NCBI GenBank assembly: GCA_003513005.1
Contig: DOTD01000092.1
Location: forward strand, 11,845-75,844
DNA from: Desulfotomaculum sp.
Lineage (GTDB): Bacteria; Bacillota; Desulfotomaculia; Desulfotomaculales; Nap2-2B
Direction: 5' to 3'
Length of the DNA: 64,000 bases
The translations under genes were made by a program, and so were the position numbers. Positions 1-9,890 of this stretch are shown piece after piece; position 1 is the stretch's first letter, and every line of letters begins with the position of its first letter. A model generated the notes under the pieces. It had not been told where the DNA came from. It did no database searches and was given only the letters and a program-made list of their open reading frames with translations.

Positions 1-1008
1 CAGACGATCCCGTAAATTTCGGCTGGTCACGTAGGTTCCTTCCAGACCCGCCATGGGGCTGTCGTTAACAACAAAATTCATGGAAATAGTGGGTTCGTCG
101 ATATTTACGAAAGAAACAGGCTCTACCAGGTCCGGTGAGCAGATGGTGTCTCCAATATTTATCTCCTGTATACCCGAGACGGCTATTATTTCCCCGGCCC
201 GGGCACGGTCAGTTTCCACCCTTTTAAGGCCTTCAAAAGTATAAAGCGTGTTTATCCTGACCCGTTTCTCCTTGCCGGCCGTATTGCAAAGAATTATTTC
301 CTGGTCTTTGGAGATAACGCCCCTGCTTATTTTGCCGATCCCTATTCTCCCTACATAATTGTCGTAATCAATAGATGAAACGACTAACTGCAGGGGGCCG
401 TCCGGATCGCCTTCCGGGGCAGGCATCTTTTCAATAATCATATCCAGCAGCGGTTTCATGTCGGTTGAAGAATCATCCAGAGAAATTCTTGCGTAACCTT
501 CTTTTGCGGATGTATAGACAACCGGAAAGTCAAGCTGTTCCTCACCGGCTTCAAGATCGATAAACAGGTCCAGCACCTTATCCACAACCTCTTCCGGGCG
601 TGCGCCCGGCCGGTCAATCTTGTTGATCACCACAATAGGCTTCAGGCACGCTTCCAGGGATTTTTTCAATACAAAACGGGTCTGCGGCATGGCGCTCTCA
701 AAAGCGTCAACCAGCAGAAGCACTCCGTCGACCATCTTGACGATGCGCTCGACCTCTCCGCCGAAGTCTGCATGGCCCGGAGTATCGACAATGTTAATTT
801 TGGTGTTTTTATATACGATGCTGGTATTTTTTGATAATATAGTTATCCCGCGTTCCCGTTCCAGTTCGTTATTGTCCATCACTCTTTCGGGCATGACCTG
901 GTTGTTGCGGAAAAACCCGGTTTGTTTGAGCAATTTGTCAACCAGAGTGGTTTTGCCGTGATCAACGTGGGCTATTATAGCTATATTTCTAAGAGATTTT
1001 TCTTCCAT
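1..1008 (-). CDS. typA: Translational GTPase TypA/BipA, N-terminal 336 codons (3' end runs off the window)
   Basis: The minus-strand ORF is open to the window edge, so it is absent from the ORF track. ATG at 1008-1006. My translation MEEKSLRNIAIIAHVDHGKTTLVDKLL..VDTPGHADFGGEVER..VINKIDR shows G1/G3/G4 GTPase motifs and a BipA-like domain II. Confidence 0.9.
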   Translation of the reverse strand, partial: MEEKSLRNIAIIAHVDHGKTTLVDKLLKQTGFFRNNQVMPERVMDNNELERERGITILSKNTSIVYKNTKINIVDTPGHADFGGEVERIVKMVDGVLLLVDAFESAMPQTRFVLKKSLEACLKPIVVINKIDRPGARPEEVVDKVLDLFIDLEAGEEQLDFPVVYTSAKEGYARISLDDSSTDMKPLLDMIIEKMPAPEGDPDGPLQLVVSSIDYDNYVGRIGIGKISRGVISKDQEIILCNTAGKEKRVRINTLYTFEGLKRVETDRARAGEIIAVSGIQEINIGDTICSPDLVEPVSFVNIDEPTISMNFVVNDSPMAGLEGTYVTSRNLRDRL

Positions 1009-1146
1009 ATATGTATCCTTTATATTTATCCTTTCAAACTGCCGGGTCTTTTAGAAAAACAACAGCGAACCAGTTTTCGCGGCCGCCTATTACTCATTAA
1101 ATAATGGAAAATGGTTTAAGTATTATGAAAAGCAAATGGCAATATT

Positions 1147-1190
1147 AAAGACCTGCCAAATCTAAGATTACAGCAGGTCTTTATTTTTTT
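1147..1190. terminator. Stem-loop with flanking A/T runs between typA and the Zn-ribbon gene (possible bidirectional terminator)
   Basis: 10-bp stem AAAGACCTGC / GCAGGTCTTT with a 16-nt loop. A T-run follows on the + strand and an A-run lies on the other side. It sits immediately downstream of the minus-strand gene ending at 1202. The functional orientation is ambiguous. Confidence 0.4.
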
Positions 1191-1201
1191 GTCGCTAAAG
1201 C

Positions 1202-1504
1202 CTAGTAACGACTGCGCGGCTGATAACAGTCCCTGCAGTATACCGGTCTGTCTCCGCGAGGCTGGAAAGGAACCTCGGTCTCTTTGCCGCATGTGGCGCA
1301 GACTGCCGGATACATCTGACGGTCCTGACGAAAACCGGAGTTTCCGCCGCCTCTTCTGTTTTGAGCTTTACGAGCCGCACGGCATTCCGGGCAGCGTCCG
1401 GGATCATTGGTAAACCCTTTTTCTGCGAAAAACTCCTGCTCCGATACGGAGAAGACAAACTCGGTTCCGCAATCACGGCATGTCAGCTGACGGTCTTGAA
1501 ACAT
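1202..1504 (-). CDS. Small zinc-ribbon protein (CxxC-x17-CxxC type)
   Basis: 100 aa with CRDC..CPEC and CATC-x17-CRDC cysteine pairs. This is a small basic protein type common in Firmicutes. Confidence 0.7.
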   Translation of the reverse strand: MFQDRQLTCRDCGTEFVFSVSEQEFFAEKGFTNDPGRCPECRAARKAQNRRGGGNSGFRQDRQMYPAVCATCGKETEVPFQPRGDRPVYCRDCYQPRSRY

Positions 1505-2144
1505 TAAAAAACCCCCTCATTTTTTTTATCCAATGGAATTAGGATTAACAACCACTTTAATCCCATTGAACTTGAGAGAGCGTGATTTGTAATACCTAAT
1601 CTAAGGACAATACCATAATAACACGTGTAATTTACAAAGTCAAATCAATATATCTATAATAATTTGTCTAAAAAATGCTTTTCAAAGTGACAGTCAAAAC
1701 GACTTTCATAAATGCCCGTTTCCGCCCCTTTAAAACAATATTTTCATCTGTTCTCCTGTGTCAAATAGTCATGGTTGTTCTTTATTACATATATCTCCAA
1801 GATATAATCAGAATGATCAGCGTCACAAACACAGATAAGCTTATCAGCTTTTCCTGGCATTTCCCTTACTCCTCGTAGAATAATTTTTCGTAAGGTTTTC
1901 ATAAGATAATTTCCATTTGCAAACCCTAACTAATTGGCATTAATTTACTGGAAATATTGTTCCTTGATAATTTTTTATATATCTACGTTATTTTAGAAGC
2001 TATTTAAATTTTCCAAAACCACTTTGTATCAGCCTTGGATTCATAGTTCAATTTATAAACACCATGGGATACCTGACTGGGACAACTTAGCTTTTTGTCC
2101 CCTTAATCGGGGATTTTGTTTTTAATTTTTATAATCTCATTTAT

Positions 2145-2489
2145 TTACGGTAAACCCAGGCTGATCTTTAAAACATGATTTACTTCGTCCATTTTCTCCG
2201 GAGAAAGAGCGCCTATCTTTTTGACCAGGCGGGACTTATCAACAGTGAGAATTTGCGCGGCATTGACCGCACTCTCTCTTTCCAAACCACCTTCCCCGGC
2301 GTCCAAACTGACTAGGAAAGGATAGATTTTACTCACTGCCGTGGTTACCACTACTATAATGACAGTAGAGCCATACCTGTTACCTGCATTATTCTGAACA
2401 ATGACAGCGGGCCTATAACCCGCCTGCTCGCTGCCTCTTGCCGGGTTGAAGTCCACCAGGAAAATATCACCGCGCCTGACTTCACTCAT
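2145..2489 (-). CDS. mazF: Type II toxin, MazF/PemK-family endoribonuclease
   Basis: 114 aa. The N-terminus RGDIFLVDFNPARGSEQAGYRPAVIV is a classic PemK/MazF signature. Its start overlaps the upstream antitoxin stop (ATGAGTGA). Confidence 0.85.
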   Translation of the reverse strand: MSEVRRGDIFLVDFNPARGSEQAGYRPAVIVQNNAGNRYGSTVIIVVVTTAVSKIYPFLVSLDAGEGGLERESAVNAAQILTVDKSRLVKKIGALSPEKMDEVNHVLKISLGLP

Positions 2490-2715
2490 GTAAGACCACC
2501 TCGGACTGCGCTGAAATGGTTACCTCAGCTTCTTTCCGGTTAACTTCCGACAATACAGCGTACCCTTCCGCCAATTCTTTTTCTATTTCTTCCTGTTTGA
2601 TCCTGCGTAATAGTTCAGCCACCGCGCCGCTTCTCGTAGTAGCCCACTGACAGGCCAATTGGTCAAGAACATTTATCAGCATTGAAGATAAACTAATTGT
2701 AATCTTGTTGCTCAT
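2482..2715 (-). CDS. Ribbon-helix-helix (CopG/MazE-like) antitoxin partner of MazF
   Basis: I prefer the internal ATG at 2715 (MSNKITISLSS..) because AAGAGGTG lies about 6 nt upstream. Small size, an RHH-like N-terminus and translational coupling to mazF support the call. Confidence 0.7.
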   Translation of the reverse strand: MSNKITISLSSMLINVLDQLACQWATTRSGAVAELLRRIKQEEIEKELAEGYAVLSEVNRKEAEVTISAQSEVVLHE

Positions 2716-2917
2716 TGACGACACCTCTTGGTTCAATGCTATCATACCAGAATACATAATGTCAATCATACTACTGTTCCTACTTTTTAGGAATATCCAT
2801 GCTGGGATGCCCGATTCATTGCTATCAGAATTCTCTGCCGGATACTATGGAGCATAAAATAAACGATAAAAACACCGGGCTTACTCTTCTTGAATAAACC
2901 CGGCAGTAAAACCAATT

Positions 2918-3175
2918 TTATATTTTTCGTAAAATTTCATGGCGCCCGATAGCGTGAAGTATCATTGTGTCGCTGTTTTGTTCAAAAATAATCCTGATAT
3001 CCTTGTTAACATAAGCCTCCCAGAACCCTGTGCCTTTGATCCGGTGAATCTTAAGTGAATTATGTTTAGGATTGACAGCAATAAAATGAAGGGTTTTTCC
3101 GGCCTGTTTCCGCTCGGCCGGCGATAGCTTCCGAAAATCATTATTAAAAGGATCAGTTAGAATTATCGTCGGCAT
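2918..3175 (-). CDS. Type II toxin, RelE/ParE superfamily
   Basis: The C-terminal pattern KIHRIKGTGFWEAYVNKDIRIIFEQNSDTMILHAIGRHE matches the RelE/ParE fold pattern. It overlaps the upstream AbrB-type antitoxin. The start could be 3175 or 3190. Confidence 0.6.
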   Translation of the reverse strand: MPTIILTDPFNNDFRKLSPAERKQAGKTLHFIAVNPKHNSLKIHRIKGTGFWEAYVNKDIRIIFEQNSDTMILHAIGRHEILRKI

Positions 3176-3464
3176 TTTTTTCTTCCCCAAGAAATTCTAA
3201 TAAGTCGTCAACATTGGAAAATGTTTTATATCGGCCTTCCTTCAAGGCGTCGGCGCTTTGCTTCATTTTTTCCTGCCAGGAATCAGACCAAAAATACTCC
3301 TGGCTTTTATCGTGCCAGGCAACGGGTTTGATAAAAATTCCACCATCCCGTTCCTCCAAGGCGATATAATCACCCTCCTGTATACTTAGTTTTTTAGCAA
3401 TTTGGGACAGGCTGATAAGCATACGTTTTTGTACTTGTTGTATAATCAATGGCATCTGCGACAC
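3153..3464 (-). CDS. AbrB/SpoVT (MazE-fold) antitoxin
   Basis: The N-terminal swapped-hairpin-like segment ISLSQIAKKLSIQEGDYIALEERDGGIFIKPV is followed by an acidic tail. It lies directly upstream of and overlaps the RelE/ParE-like gene. Confidence 0.6.
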   Translation of the reverse strand: MSQMPLIIQQVQKRMLISLSQIAKKLSIQEGDYIALEERDGGIFIKPVAWHDKSQEYFWSDSWQEKMKQSADALKEGRYKTFSNVDDLLEFLGEEKNADDNSN

Positions 3465-3472
3465 TTCCTTAA

Positions 3473-3500
3473 CTGATATGCTGTAAATACAGCATATCAG
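3473..3500. promoter_or_regulatory. Perfect 12-bp inverted repeat (TA operator or sbcC terminator hairpin)
   Basis: CTGATATGCTGT-aaat-ACAGCATATCAG lies between the sbcC stop (3506) and the antitoxin start (3464). Confidence 0.35.
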
Positions 3501-3505
3501 TATTT

Positions 3506-6500
3506 TCAGATATTGTCAATGTGTGTTCCCAGTTTGAATTTGGCTGTGCTGCCATGTTCGCCGGCACTGATTTCCAGCCTGGCGTCAATGATTTCCTTGA
3601 GTTCGGGAACGTGGGAGATGATGCCTACCAGGCGGCCGCCCTTCTGCAGATCGATTAAGGCTCTGAGGGCAAAGTCCAGGGACTCGGGATCAAGGGCGCC
3701 AAACCCTTCGTCTATAAAAATGGTGTCCAGGTAAATGCCTCCAGAGTACGACTGCACTACATCCGCCAGGCCCAGGGCCAGGGATAAAGAGGCCAGGAAA
3801 GTTTCCCCTCCGGACAGAGTAGCCACGCCCCTTGCCACGCCAGTATATGTGTCAAAGACTTCCAGATCCAACCCCCCGGCGGCATTGCTGCGCGCCCTGT
3901 CCATAGTCCTTTGCAGGTGGTAACGGCCCCGGCTCATCAACTGCAGCCGGCGGGTGGCGGCGACAAGCACGTCATCCAGCAGGGCTCCCAGCACAAAGCG
4001 CTGAAAGGTCAGCCCGTAGTTATTCTTTCCATTGGCCACTTCTGAAAGACGACCGAGTACCGCATAGCGGCTTTCCAACTCCTTTAAAGAACCCTCAATT
4101 TCAGCAAGCTGTTTAAGCCATCCGGCCTCCCGGACTGTTTGTTCTTCAAGCTGCGCCTCTTCTTTTAGAGCCTGTTTCCAATCATTTTCCGCTTCGGTCA
4201 GAGCGGCAGTAAGTTTCTCAAGATTGGGTACGTTTAAGCCTTCGGCGCCGCGGACAGCTCGCTCAAGACGGTCACTGGCAGCGCTCAGGTTTCCGTCAAA
4301 CCCCTTAATCTCTTTCTCCAGCCTGCCGGTCTCTTCCGGCGTCCTTTTGGCATCCTTGAAATCATCATGAGTTGCGAAGCCCGCCGCTGTTAATCTCTGT
4401 TGAAAATCATCTTCTTCGCTCCTTGCGCGTTTTACGGCCAACCGGGCTGCCTCTTTCGCTTCTATCCCGGCAGTTTCTGCTCTGGCCAGCGCTTGGTTTG
4501 CTTCTTCGGCCGTTTTCCTGGCCTGCTCGTAAGCGGCAATCAGTCTCTCCCGTCTGTCCCTGGCGTCTTTCTGAACCTTTTGCAGGAATAATGGATCACG
4601 CAAATCCGCCGGAATTCCCGATTCCCTCTCCAGGGCTACCGCCTTAGCAGAATCAAAGGTTGTTTTAGCGTCCTGAAAATCCTTTTTCGAAATATCAAGC
4701 CGGTCAACAGCCGATTTTTCCTTTTTCTTCAGTCCTTCAAGTTCTTTAGCCAGCCGGGCGGAAATTTTTACGGCGTCTTCCGCCTCGTGCAGCAGGTCCC
4801 CGTCTTTGGCGGCGGCAACCTGGAGAACGGCCAGTTCAAGGCTTGCTTTCTCTCCCAGCTCGTGTATCAATTCTTCAATCCTGCCGCCCGCAGACGCCTT
4901 TTTGGAATTAATACCGTTTAACGTATCCCGCTGTTTATCCCGGACGGATTCAAGATTGGTCACGGCGAGCTGTTTTTTCTTAAGGTCATTTTCTGAAGGC
5001 AGCGCCGCCTTACTAAGGGCGGGAGCAGGGTGGTCCGTGGAGCCGCAGACCGGGCAGGAAGCGCCATCAGTTAAAGTGCCTGCTAAAATTGCCGCCTGCC
5101 CGCTGTTCCAGGCCTCCTGCAGATTGGCCAATTCCATCTTTGCCTTTTGATAGTGTTCTTCATCCTGATTGAGCTTTCTGCCGGCTGTATCAAGTTCTTT
5201 CAGGATGATAGTCATACCTTTGCGTAAATTTTCAAGGGACTGCCTTTTCGTTATTAATTGTTCGGCTTCCTTATATGCGGATTCCAGCGCCGCCGACTGA
5301 ACAGCCTTTTCTGCTGTATCCTGACGGGCTTTGTCTTTTTCGGCGATCAAAGCCTGTATAGCAGCCAGGGAAGACTGGGCCTGGCTCTGGCTTGCTTCAG
5401 CGGACTGCATCTTTTTTTGAGCCAGACTAACTTTATGGCGGGCTTCGTACAAGGCTGCGACCTTCGCGGTCAGTTCTTCCAGCCGTGTTAATTCTCTTGC
5501 GGCTTTTTCCCGCTCGTCGCCTTTTTGCTCCTCTTCGGCCAGGACCTTTTCAGCCTTTTCTTTGGCATTCAGAGCCTCACTTTTTGTTTTTTGTTTTTTC
5601 TCATAAGCGCCGGCGGCAATAACGGCGTCCGCCTGGCGCCTTTTGAGGGTGCTCTCGACATCCGCCAGGCTCAAAGCCTGCCTGGCCCTCGTTAATTCAA
5701 CCCTTTTTGCATCAATAACTGCTATCCTCATATTCAAATCGGCCGCGGCAAGTTCGGCGTTCTTTTTTTCATCCAGCTTTTCTTTGGCCTGTATGCCGGT
5801 GTTCAACTGCTCCTGAGCCGATTTTACAGAATTTTGGCCTGCCTCAATTCTTTTTTTTACCTCATTTAGTTGTTCCTTATGTTCACCATGCTGCAGCGCG
5901 AGTTCTTCTTTTGATCCGGCTTTTGATTCATTCAAGACGAATCTTAGTTCATTCGACTTGTCGTCATTGCTCTTTTTAAGCTCTTTGGCCGATTCTTTCA
6001 GCGTATCCTCTATCTGGCGAAAAAACTCCGCCCTGAAGAGGGTTTCCAGGATTACCTGCCGCTCCTTGGAGTCCGCAGTTAGAAGTCTGCGGAATTCTCC
6101 CTGGGGAAGCATGACCACCTGACGGAACTGACTGCTCTTGAACCCCAGCAGCGCTTCGATCTTTTCCGTGACTTTGTTCCACCCGCCGGCCAGCACTGTT
6201 CCTTCTTCATCGTCATTGATCAAACCGGTCCTTTTCCAAAGGGCAGCGTTTGCGCTCATTACGGCTGTGCCGGCGCCCCGGCGGCGCGGCCTTTCCTGTT
6301 CAGGATTGCGTTTAATCCGGTAAACCTCGGCGCCGGCGCTGAAATCAAAGGTCAGTTCGGTAGCCACGGACAAATCCGCATGATCGCTGCGCATCTGCCT
6401 GCCGTCCCGCAAGGCTCCGCTGCTCTCGCCATAGAGAGCGAAACACATCGCGTCGAGAATGGCTGTCTTGCCTGAACCCGTCGGCCCGTGAATTAAAAAA

Positions 6501-6589
6501 AAGGAGCGGCTGCCAAGTTCCCTGAAATCGATAACCTGTGTCCCGGCGTAAGGCCCGAAGGCGCTCATCGAAAGCTTAAGCGGCCTCAT
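3506..6589 (-). CDS. sbcC: SbcC/Rad50-family DNA repair ATPase
   Basis: 1027 aa. Walker A GPTGSGKT, a very long coiled coil with a central CPVCG zinc hook, then a C-terminal LSGGETF signature and IFIDEGFG Walker B. It overlaps sbcD by 4 nt. Confidence 0.9.
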   Translation of the reverse strand: MRPLKLSMSAFGPYAGTQVIDFRELGSRSFFLIHGPTGSGKTAILDAMCFALYGESSGALRDGRQMRSDHADLSVATELTFDFSAGAEVYRIKRNPEQERPRRRGAGTAVMSANAALWKRTGLINDDEEGTVLAGGWNKVTEKIEALLGFKSSQFRQVVMLPQGEFRRLLTADSKERQVILETLFRAEFFRQIEDTLKESAKELKKSNDDKSNELRFVLNESKAGSKEELALQHGEHKEQLNEVKKRIEAGQNSVKSAQEQLNTGIQAKEKLDEKKNAELAAADLNMRIAVIDAKRVELTRARQALSLADVESTLKRRQADAVIAAGAYEKKQKTKSEALNAKEKAEKVLAEEEQKGDEREKAARELTRLEELTAKVAALYEARHKVSLAQKKMQSAEASQSQAQSSLAAIQALIAEKDKARQDTAEKAVQSAALESAYKEAEQLITKRQSLENLRKGMTIILKELDTAGRKLNQDEEHYQKAKMELANLQEAWNSGQAAILAGTLTDGASCPVCGSTDHPAPALSKAALPSENDLKKKQLAVTNLESVRDKQRDTLNGINSKKASAGGRIEELIHELGEKASLELAVLQVAAAKDGDLLHEAEDAVKISARLAKELEGLKKKEKSAVDRLDISKKDFQDAKTTFDSAKAVALERESGIPADLRDPLFLQKVQKDARDRRERLIAAYEQARKTAEEANQALARAETAGIEAKEAARLAVKRARSEEDDFQQRLTAAGFATHDDFKDAKRTPEETGRLEKEIKGFDGNLSAASDRLERAVRGAEGLNVPNLEKLTAALTEAENDWKQALKEEAQLEEQTVREAGWLKQLAEIEGSLKELESRYAVLGRLSEVANGKNNYGLTFQRFVLGALLDDVLVAATRRLQLMSRGRYHLQRTMDRARSNAAGGLDLEVFDTYTGVARGVATLSGGETFLASLSLALGLADVVQSYSGGIYLDTIFIDEGFGALDPESLDFALRALIDLQKGGRLVGIISHVPELKEIIDARLEISAGEHGSTAKFKLGTHIDNI

Positions 6590-7740
6590 ACCGTCGCCTT
6601 CCTTTCCTGCCTGTACAGGTTTTCGACGGTATCCTTAAATACCTGGAGCTGTTCCGCCGGCAGGGCTGCCCCCGTCACCTGCTCAAAAAAAGATGAAAAT
6701 AGACTGGTTTCGCTCAACCCCCGGTGATCACCACCGGGGCCGCACAGTTCCAGGCCCTCAGCCAGAAAAGGCCTTTCGATGTGCAGCACATTCGGGTAAA
6801 CATTGCGCAGCTTGCCTATCGCGTCCAGTATAGCGCCGGAGTCAGTCAAAGTGACTTTTAAATAATCATCCCTGCTCTCACCGCTGCGGGGCCCGGCCAG
6901 GATATCGTTGAGCAGCCCTTCCAAACAGCGGACATCCCTGCGGTGGGTAAGGTAAACCTCTTCAATGGTTGTTTTGCCAAGCCTGTCCATTTCCACAAGG
7001 GCCACCGATTTCCTGTGGCCCGCTTCGGAAAAAGAATATTTCATCAGGGAACCGGAATAACGGATATTTTCCCTCCCGGCGTACTGCGGCCTGTGCAGGT
7101 GCCCAAGGGCAGCGTAGTGAAAGTCAAAAAAATGCTCCGGGTCTACAAACCCGGAACCTTCTATGGAAAGGGGACGCTCCGATTCGCTGACCTCTCCGCC
7201 AACTACAAAAGCGTGGCCAACCAGGATCAAGCGTGCGCCGGTGGGGATATTTACAGTTAACTGCTTAATTATGTAAGCCATTGCCTCATTGTGATCATGA
7301 ATATCCTTGACCGAAAATTTTTCCCGCACAACCGGAGGATCGGCATAAGGCAGAGGGTAAATGTAAACCGTACCGTCCGCATCATGAATTTCTACCGGAG
7401 CAATATTTTTATCCAACACCCCGGCAATGTGGAGCCCCTGCCGGGCTAATAGCCTGGCAGCGAACCCCACCCTCTCGGGGCTGTCGTGGTTGCCGGCAAT
7501 TAAAACAACCGGAACCCGGCAGTCCAAAAGAATGCGGGAAAGCACATCGTCAAGAAGGCTGACAACCTCTGCGGGGGGCGCCGCACGGTCGTAAATATCG
7601 CCGGCGATTAAAACAGCATCCGGTTTCGAGTAGCTGACCAGCCTGATAAAATCTTCAAGTATATAAGCCTGATCATCTGTTAAATGCGTCCCGTAAAAAA
7701 TTCTCCCCAGGTGCCAGTCGGAGGTATGAATAAATCGCAT
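6586..7740 (-). CDS. sbcD: SbcD/Mre11-family nuclease
   Basis: Calcineurin-like phosphoesterase motifs are present: DWHLG, GDIYD, GNHD, GH..H. Confidence 0.9.
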   Translation of the reverse strand: MRFIHTSDWHLGRIFYGTHLTDDQAYILEDFIRLVSYSKPDAVLIAGDIYDRAAPPAEVVSLLDDVLSRILLDCRVPVVLIAGNHDSPERVGFAARLLARQGLHIAGVLDKNIAPVEIHDADGTVYIYPLPYADPPVVREKFSVKDIHDHNEAMAYIIKQLTVNIPTGARLILVGHAFVVGGEVSESERPLSIEGSGFVDPEHFFDFHYAALGHLHRPQYAGRENIRYSGSLMKYSFSEAGHRKSVALVEMDRLGKTTIEEVYLTHRRDVRCLEGLLNDILAGPRSGESRDDYLKVTLTDSGAILDAIGKLRNVYPNVLHIERPFLAEGLELCGPGGDHRGLSETSLFSSFFEQVTGAALPAEQLQVFKDTVENLYRQERKATV

Positions 7741-8066
7741 ATTAACTCTCCTCTTGCAGGTTTTAATAATTTTCCCTGAATACCTTAATACATTTCCAGA
7801 AAGGTGGTTGTTCTTTTAGTTCCTTTTCATTGTCTTTGTGGATTATTAAATCAGGGCTGTTAACCAGATTTGATATGAGCGGTCTCTGGGGTTATATATT
7901 TTACATATTTCGCCATCTCATATCAGTTATCCTTCTACCTGCAAATATCCGAATATGCAGAATGTATGTGTACGGCATTGGTCTTCCTTTTGGTTGCAGT
8001 AGTTATTCAACAAATTATCTTAATTCAAATTTCGCCTTTAGTCACGGATATCTTTTGCTCTTTATC

Positions 8067-8095
8067 TTGACACGCTAATGTGGCAGGGGTATTAT
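8067..8095 (+). promoter_or_regulatory. Sigma-A-type promoter candidate upstream of the acyltransferase gene
   Basis: TTGACA (8067-8072), a 17-nt spacer, then TATTAT (8090-8095). Confidence 0.4.
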
Positions 8096-8234
8096 TAATA
8101 AAATTAGTTAATTGGGGATATTGTGGTTATTGTGGTATATAACCACCTCTATATTGATTTATAATTCCAGGAACAGTAAAAGCTGTTCTTATGGCAACTT
8201 CTTCCTTAACGTGTCTCTCAGGGGAAGTGACCGG

Positions 8235-8861
8235 ATGTTCTACGCGTTGGTGAAGTTAATTTCTAGGTATTTATTGTGGCTTTTTGGGAATACTGTCATT
8301 GCCGGGCAAGCCAACATCCCCCGCACAGGTCCGATGATTATAGTGTCCAACCACATCAGTCTGCTGGACGGTCTCCTTTTATTGGCGTTCTGGCCGCGAC
8401 GGGTTACATTCCTATCGGTAGCCTACCTGTTCAAGATGCCGATAGTGGGAGCTCTTTTACGCGCTATTGGCGCCATCCCGGTGCAGAACGAGGGAAGTGA
8501 ATTGGCGGGAATAAGGAGAGCCTTGAAGGTATTGCAGGAAGAAGGCGCCCTGGTTTTTTTTCCCGAAGGCCATCTTGGCGCCGGTGACCAGCTTCTGCCA
8601 TTCCAAACAGGATGGGCGTATCTGGCTTTGAAGGCAGGAGCGCCTGTCCTGCCGGTGGCTATCAAGGGTACCAGCACAGCACTGCCGGTAGGCGCCGCCT
8701 TCCCGCGCCGATGTAAAATCTACATGCAAATCGGGGCTCCCTGGACATTGGAAAAGGCCCGGCGACCAAGGCAGGAGACCCTGGCGGTTTTGAATATGAG
8801 GCTGGTCAGCCAAATGGAACAAATGTTAAATGAGATTACGTCTATAGAGGGAGGCCGGTAA
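8235..8861 (+). CDS. 1-acyl-sn-glycerol-3-phosphate acyltransferase-like (PlsC family)
   Basis: HX4D motif NHISLLD and an FFPEG motif. I prefer the internal ATG at 8235 (MFYALVKL..) over the ORF-track start at 8112, whose N-terminus looks non-coding. Confidence 0.75.
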   Translation: MFYALVKLISRYLLWLFGNTVIAGQANIPRTGPMIIVSNHISLLDGLLLLAFWPRRVTFLSVAYLFKMPIVGALLRAIGAIPVQNEGSELAGIRRALKVLQEEGALVFFPEGHLGAGDQLLPFQTGWAYLALKAGAPVLPVAIKGTSTALPVGAAFPRRCKIYMQIGAPWTLEKARRPRQETLAVLNMRLVSQMEQMLNEITSIEGGR

Positions 8862-8862
8862 G

Positions 8863-9765
8863 ATGAAAGAAAGGCCGCGAATCGGCCTGGCCCTTGGGGG
8901 CGGCGGTGCAAGAGGTTACGCCCATCTAGGAGTGATTAAGGCCTTACAGGAGGCGGACATCCCTATTGATATTATCGCCGGAACCAGCATGGGGGCAGTG
9001 GTAGGCGCCGCCTTCGCTATGGGGTACCGGACCGAAGAACTGGTGGATATAGCCCTTCAGATGAGTTGGCGGCGGTTGTTGAGTCTGGCAGACCCGACTA
9101 TACCCCATCATGGTGTAATTGCCGGCAACCGGTTGGAAAAGTATTTTCAAACATTAACCTGTGGGAGGAGGTTTGACCAACTGGAAAAAACTCTAGTCGT
9201 TATCGCCACCGACATAAATACAGGGGAAGAAGTGCGGCTTGACTCAGGTCCGGTTGCCCGGGCTTTAAGAGCCAGCACCGCAGTGCCGGGAATCTTTTGC
9301 CCGGTCAATTCAGAACGGCGCTATCTGGTAGATGGGTCGGTAACTACACCTGTGCCGGCGGCGGCAACCCAGGAGGCGGGAGCGAATGTGGTTGTGGCCG
9401 TGGATGTTTGCTCGACGGTGGACCGGACTGATGTCCTGGCGCAGGCATGGAAGTGGTGGAAGAAGATACCTCCCATGCAAACTTATGGCCTGATAGGTAT
9501 GCCGGGTTTCTTAAGTTTCTTTAAACGGGCGCTGCCCGAGAGCATCAACATTGTCGGCCGTTCAATGGAACTGAACGACTGTCACATTGAGATTTCCTTT
9601 CCAGCGACTCCCACTGCGCAATACTGGCTGTTGAGGCCGGCGGTGGAAAACGTAAGATGGTATGAGTTTCACCGGGTCCGTGAGTGCATCCAGGCAGGCG
9701 AAGCTGTAGGACGGCAGGTAGCTGGACAGATTAATGCTTTGCTTAAAAAAGGTAATTTCACCTAA
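8863..9765 (+). CDS. Patatin-like phospholipase
   Basis: GGGGARG oxyanion loop, GTSMG (GxSxG) nucleophile and a downstream DGS/DGG-type Asp (YLVDGS). Confidence 0.85.
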   Translation: MKERPRIGLALGGGGARGYAHLGVIKALQEADIPIDIIAGTSMGAVVGAAFAMGYRTEELVDIALQMSWRRLLSLADPTIPHHGVIAGNRLEKYFQTLTCGRRFDQLEKTLVVIATDINTGEEVRLDSGPVARALRASTAVPGIFCPVNSERRYLVDGSVTTPVPAAATQEAGANVVVAVDVCSTVDRTDVLAQAWKWWKKIPPMQTYGLIGMPGFLSFFKRALPESINIVGRSMELNDCHIEISFPATPTAQYWLLRPAVENVRWYEFHRVRECIQAGEAVGRQVAGQINALLKKGNFT

Positions 9766-9890
9766 GGAACCGGAAATCAAACCGGCAGAAAAAGATAAGT
9801 AATCGAAAGACGGGCAACTCTTGACTGGCAGGCACACAGGGGATAATAATATGAAGTGACAGAAATAACTAACTTAAGGAGAAGAATATA

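Noticed and set aside
1742-1900. A 52-aa minus-strand ORF (MKTLRKIILRGVREMPGKADKLICVCDADHSDYILEIYVIKNNHDYLTQENR) lies in the 640-nt AT-rich gap between the Zn-ribbon gene and mazF.
   Set aside because: It has a weak RBS, no recognisable family and no partner gene. I cannot distinguish it from chance in AT-rich DNA. The + strand hairpin plus T-run at ~2093-2130 remains unexplained.
3513-6323. Many + strand ORFs sit inside sbcC (3513..3734, 4372..4647, 4806..5150 and others), and similar antisense ORFs sit inside hdrA, AOR, nuoF, the DUF499 gene and the helicase gene.
   Set aside because: They are antisense to long, motif-rich genes. They have low-complexity, Ser/Pro/Arg/Leu-rich translations and lack RBS support. 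They are shadow ORFs.
8112-8234. The ORF-track N-terminal extension of the acyltransferase (MGILWLLWYITTS..).
   Set aside because: The extension runs through an AT-rich promoter-like region. The internal ATG at 8235 has an upstream purine-rich RBS and gives a normal PlsC-like N-terminus.
8863-9765. The patatin-like phospholipase could be a CBASS or other defence effector.
   Set aside because: There is no cyclase, sensor or other defence partner adjacent. It is translationally coupled to a PlsC-like acyltransferase, which suggests lipid metabolism.
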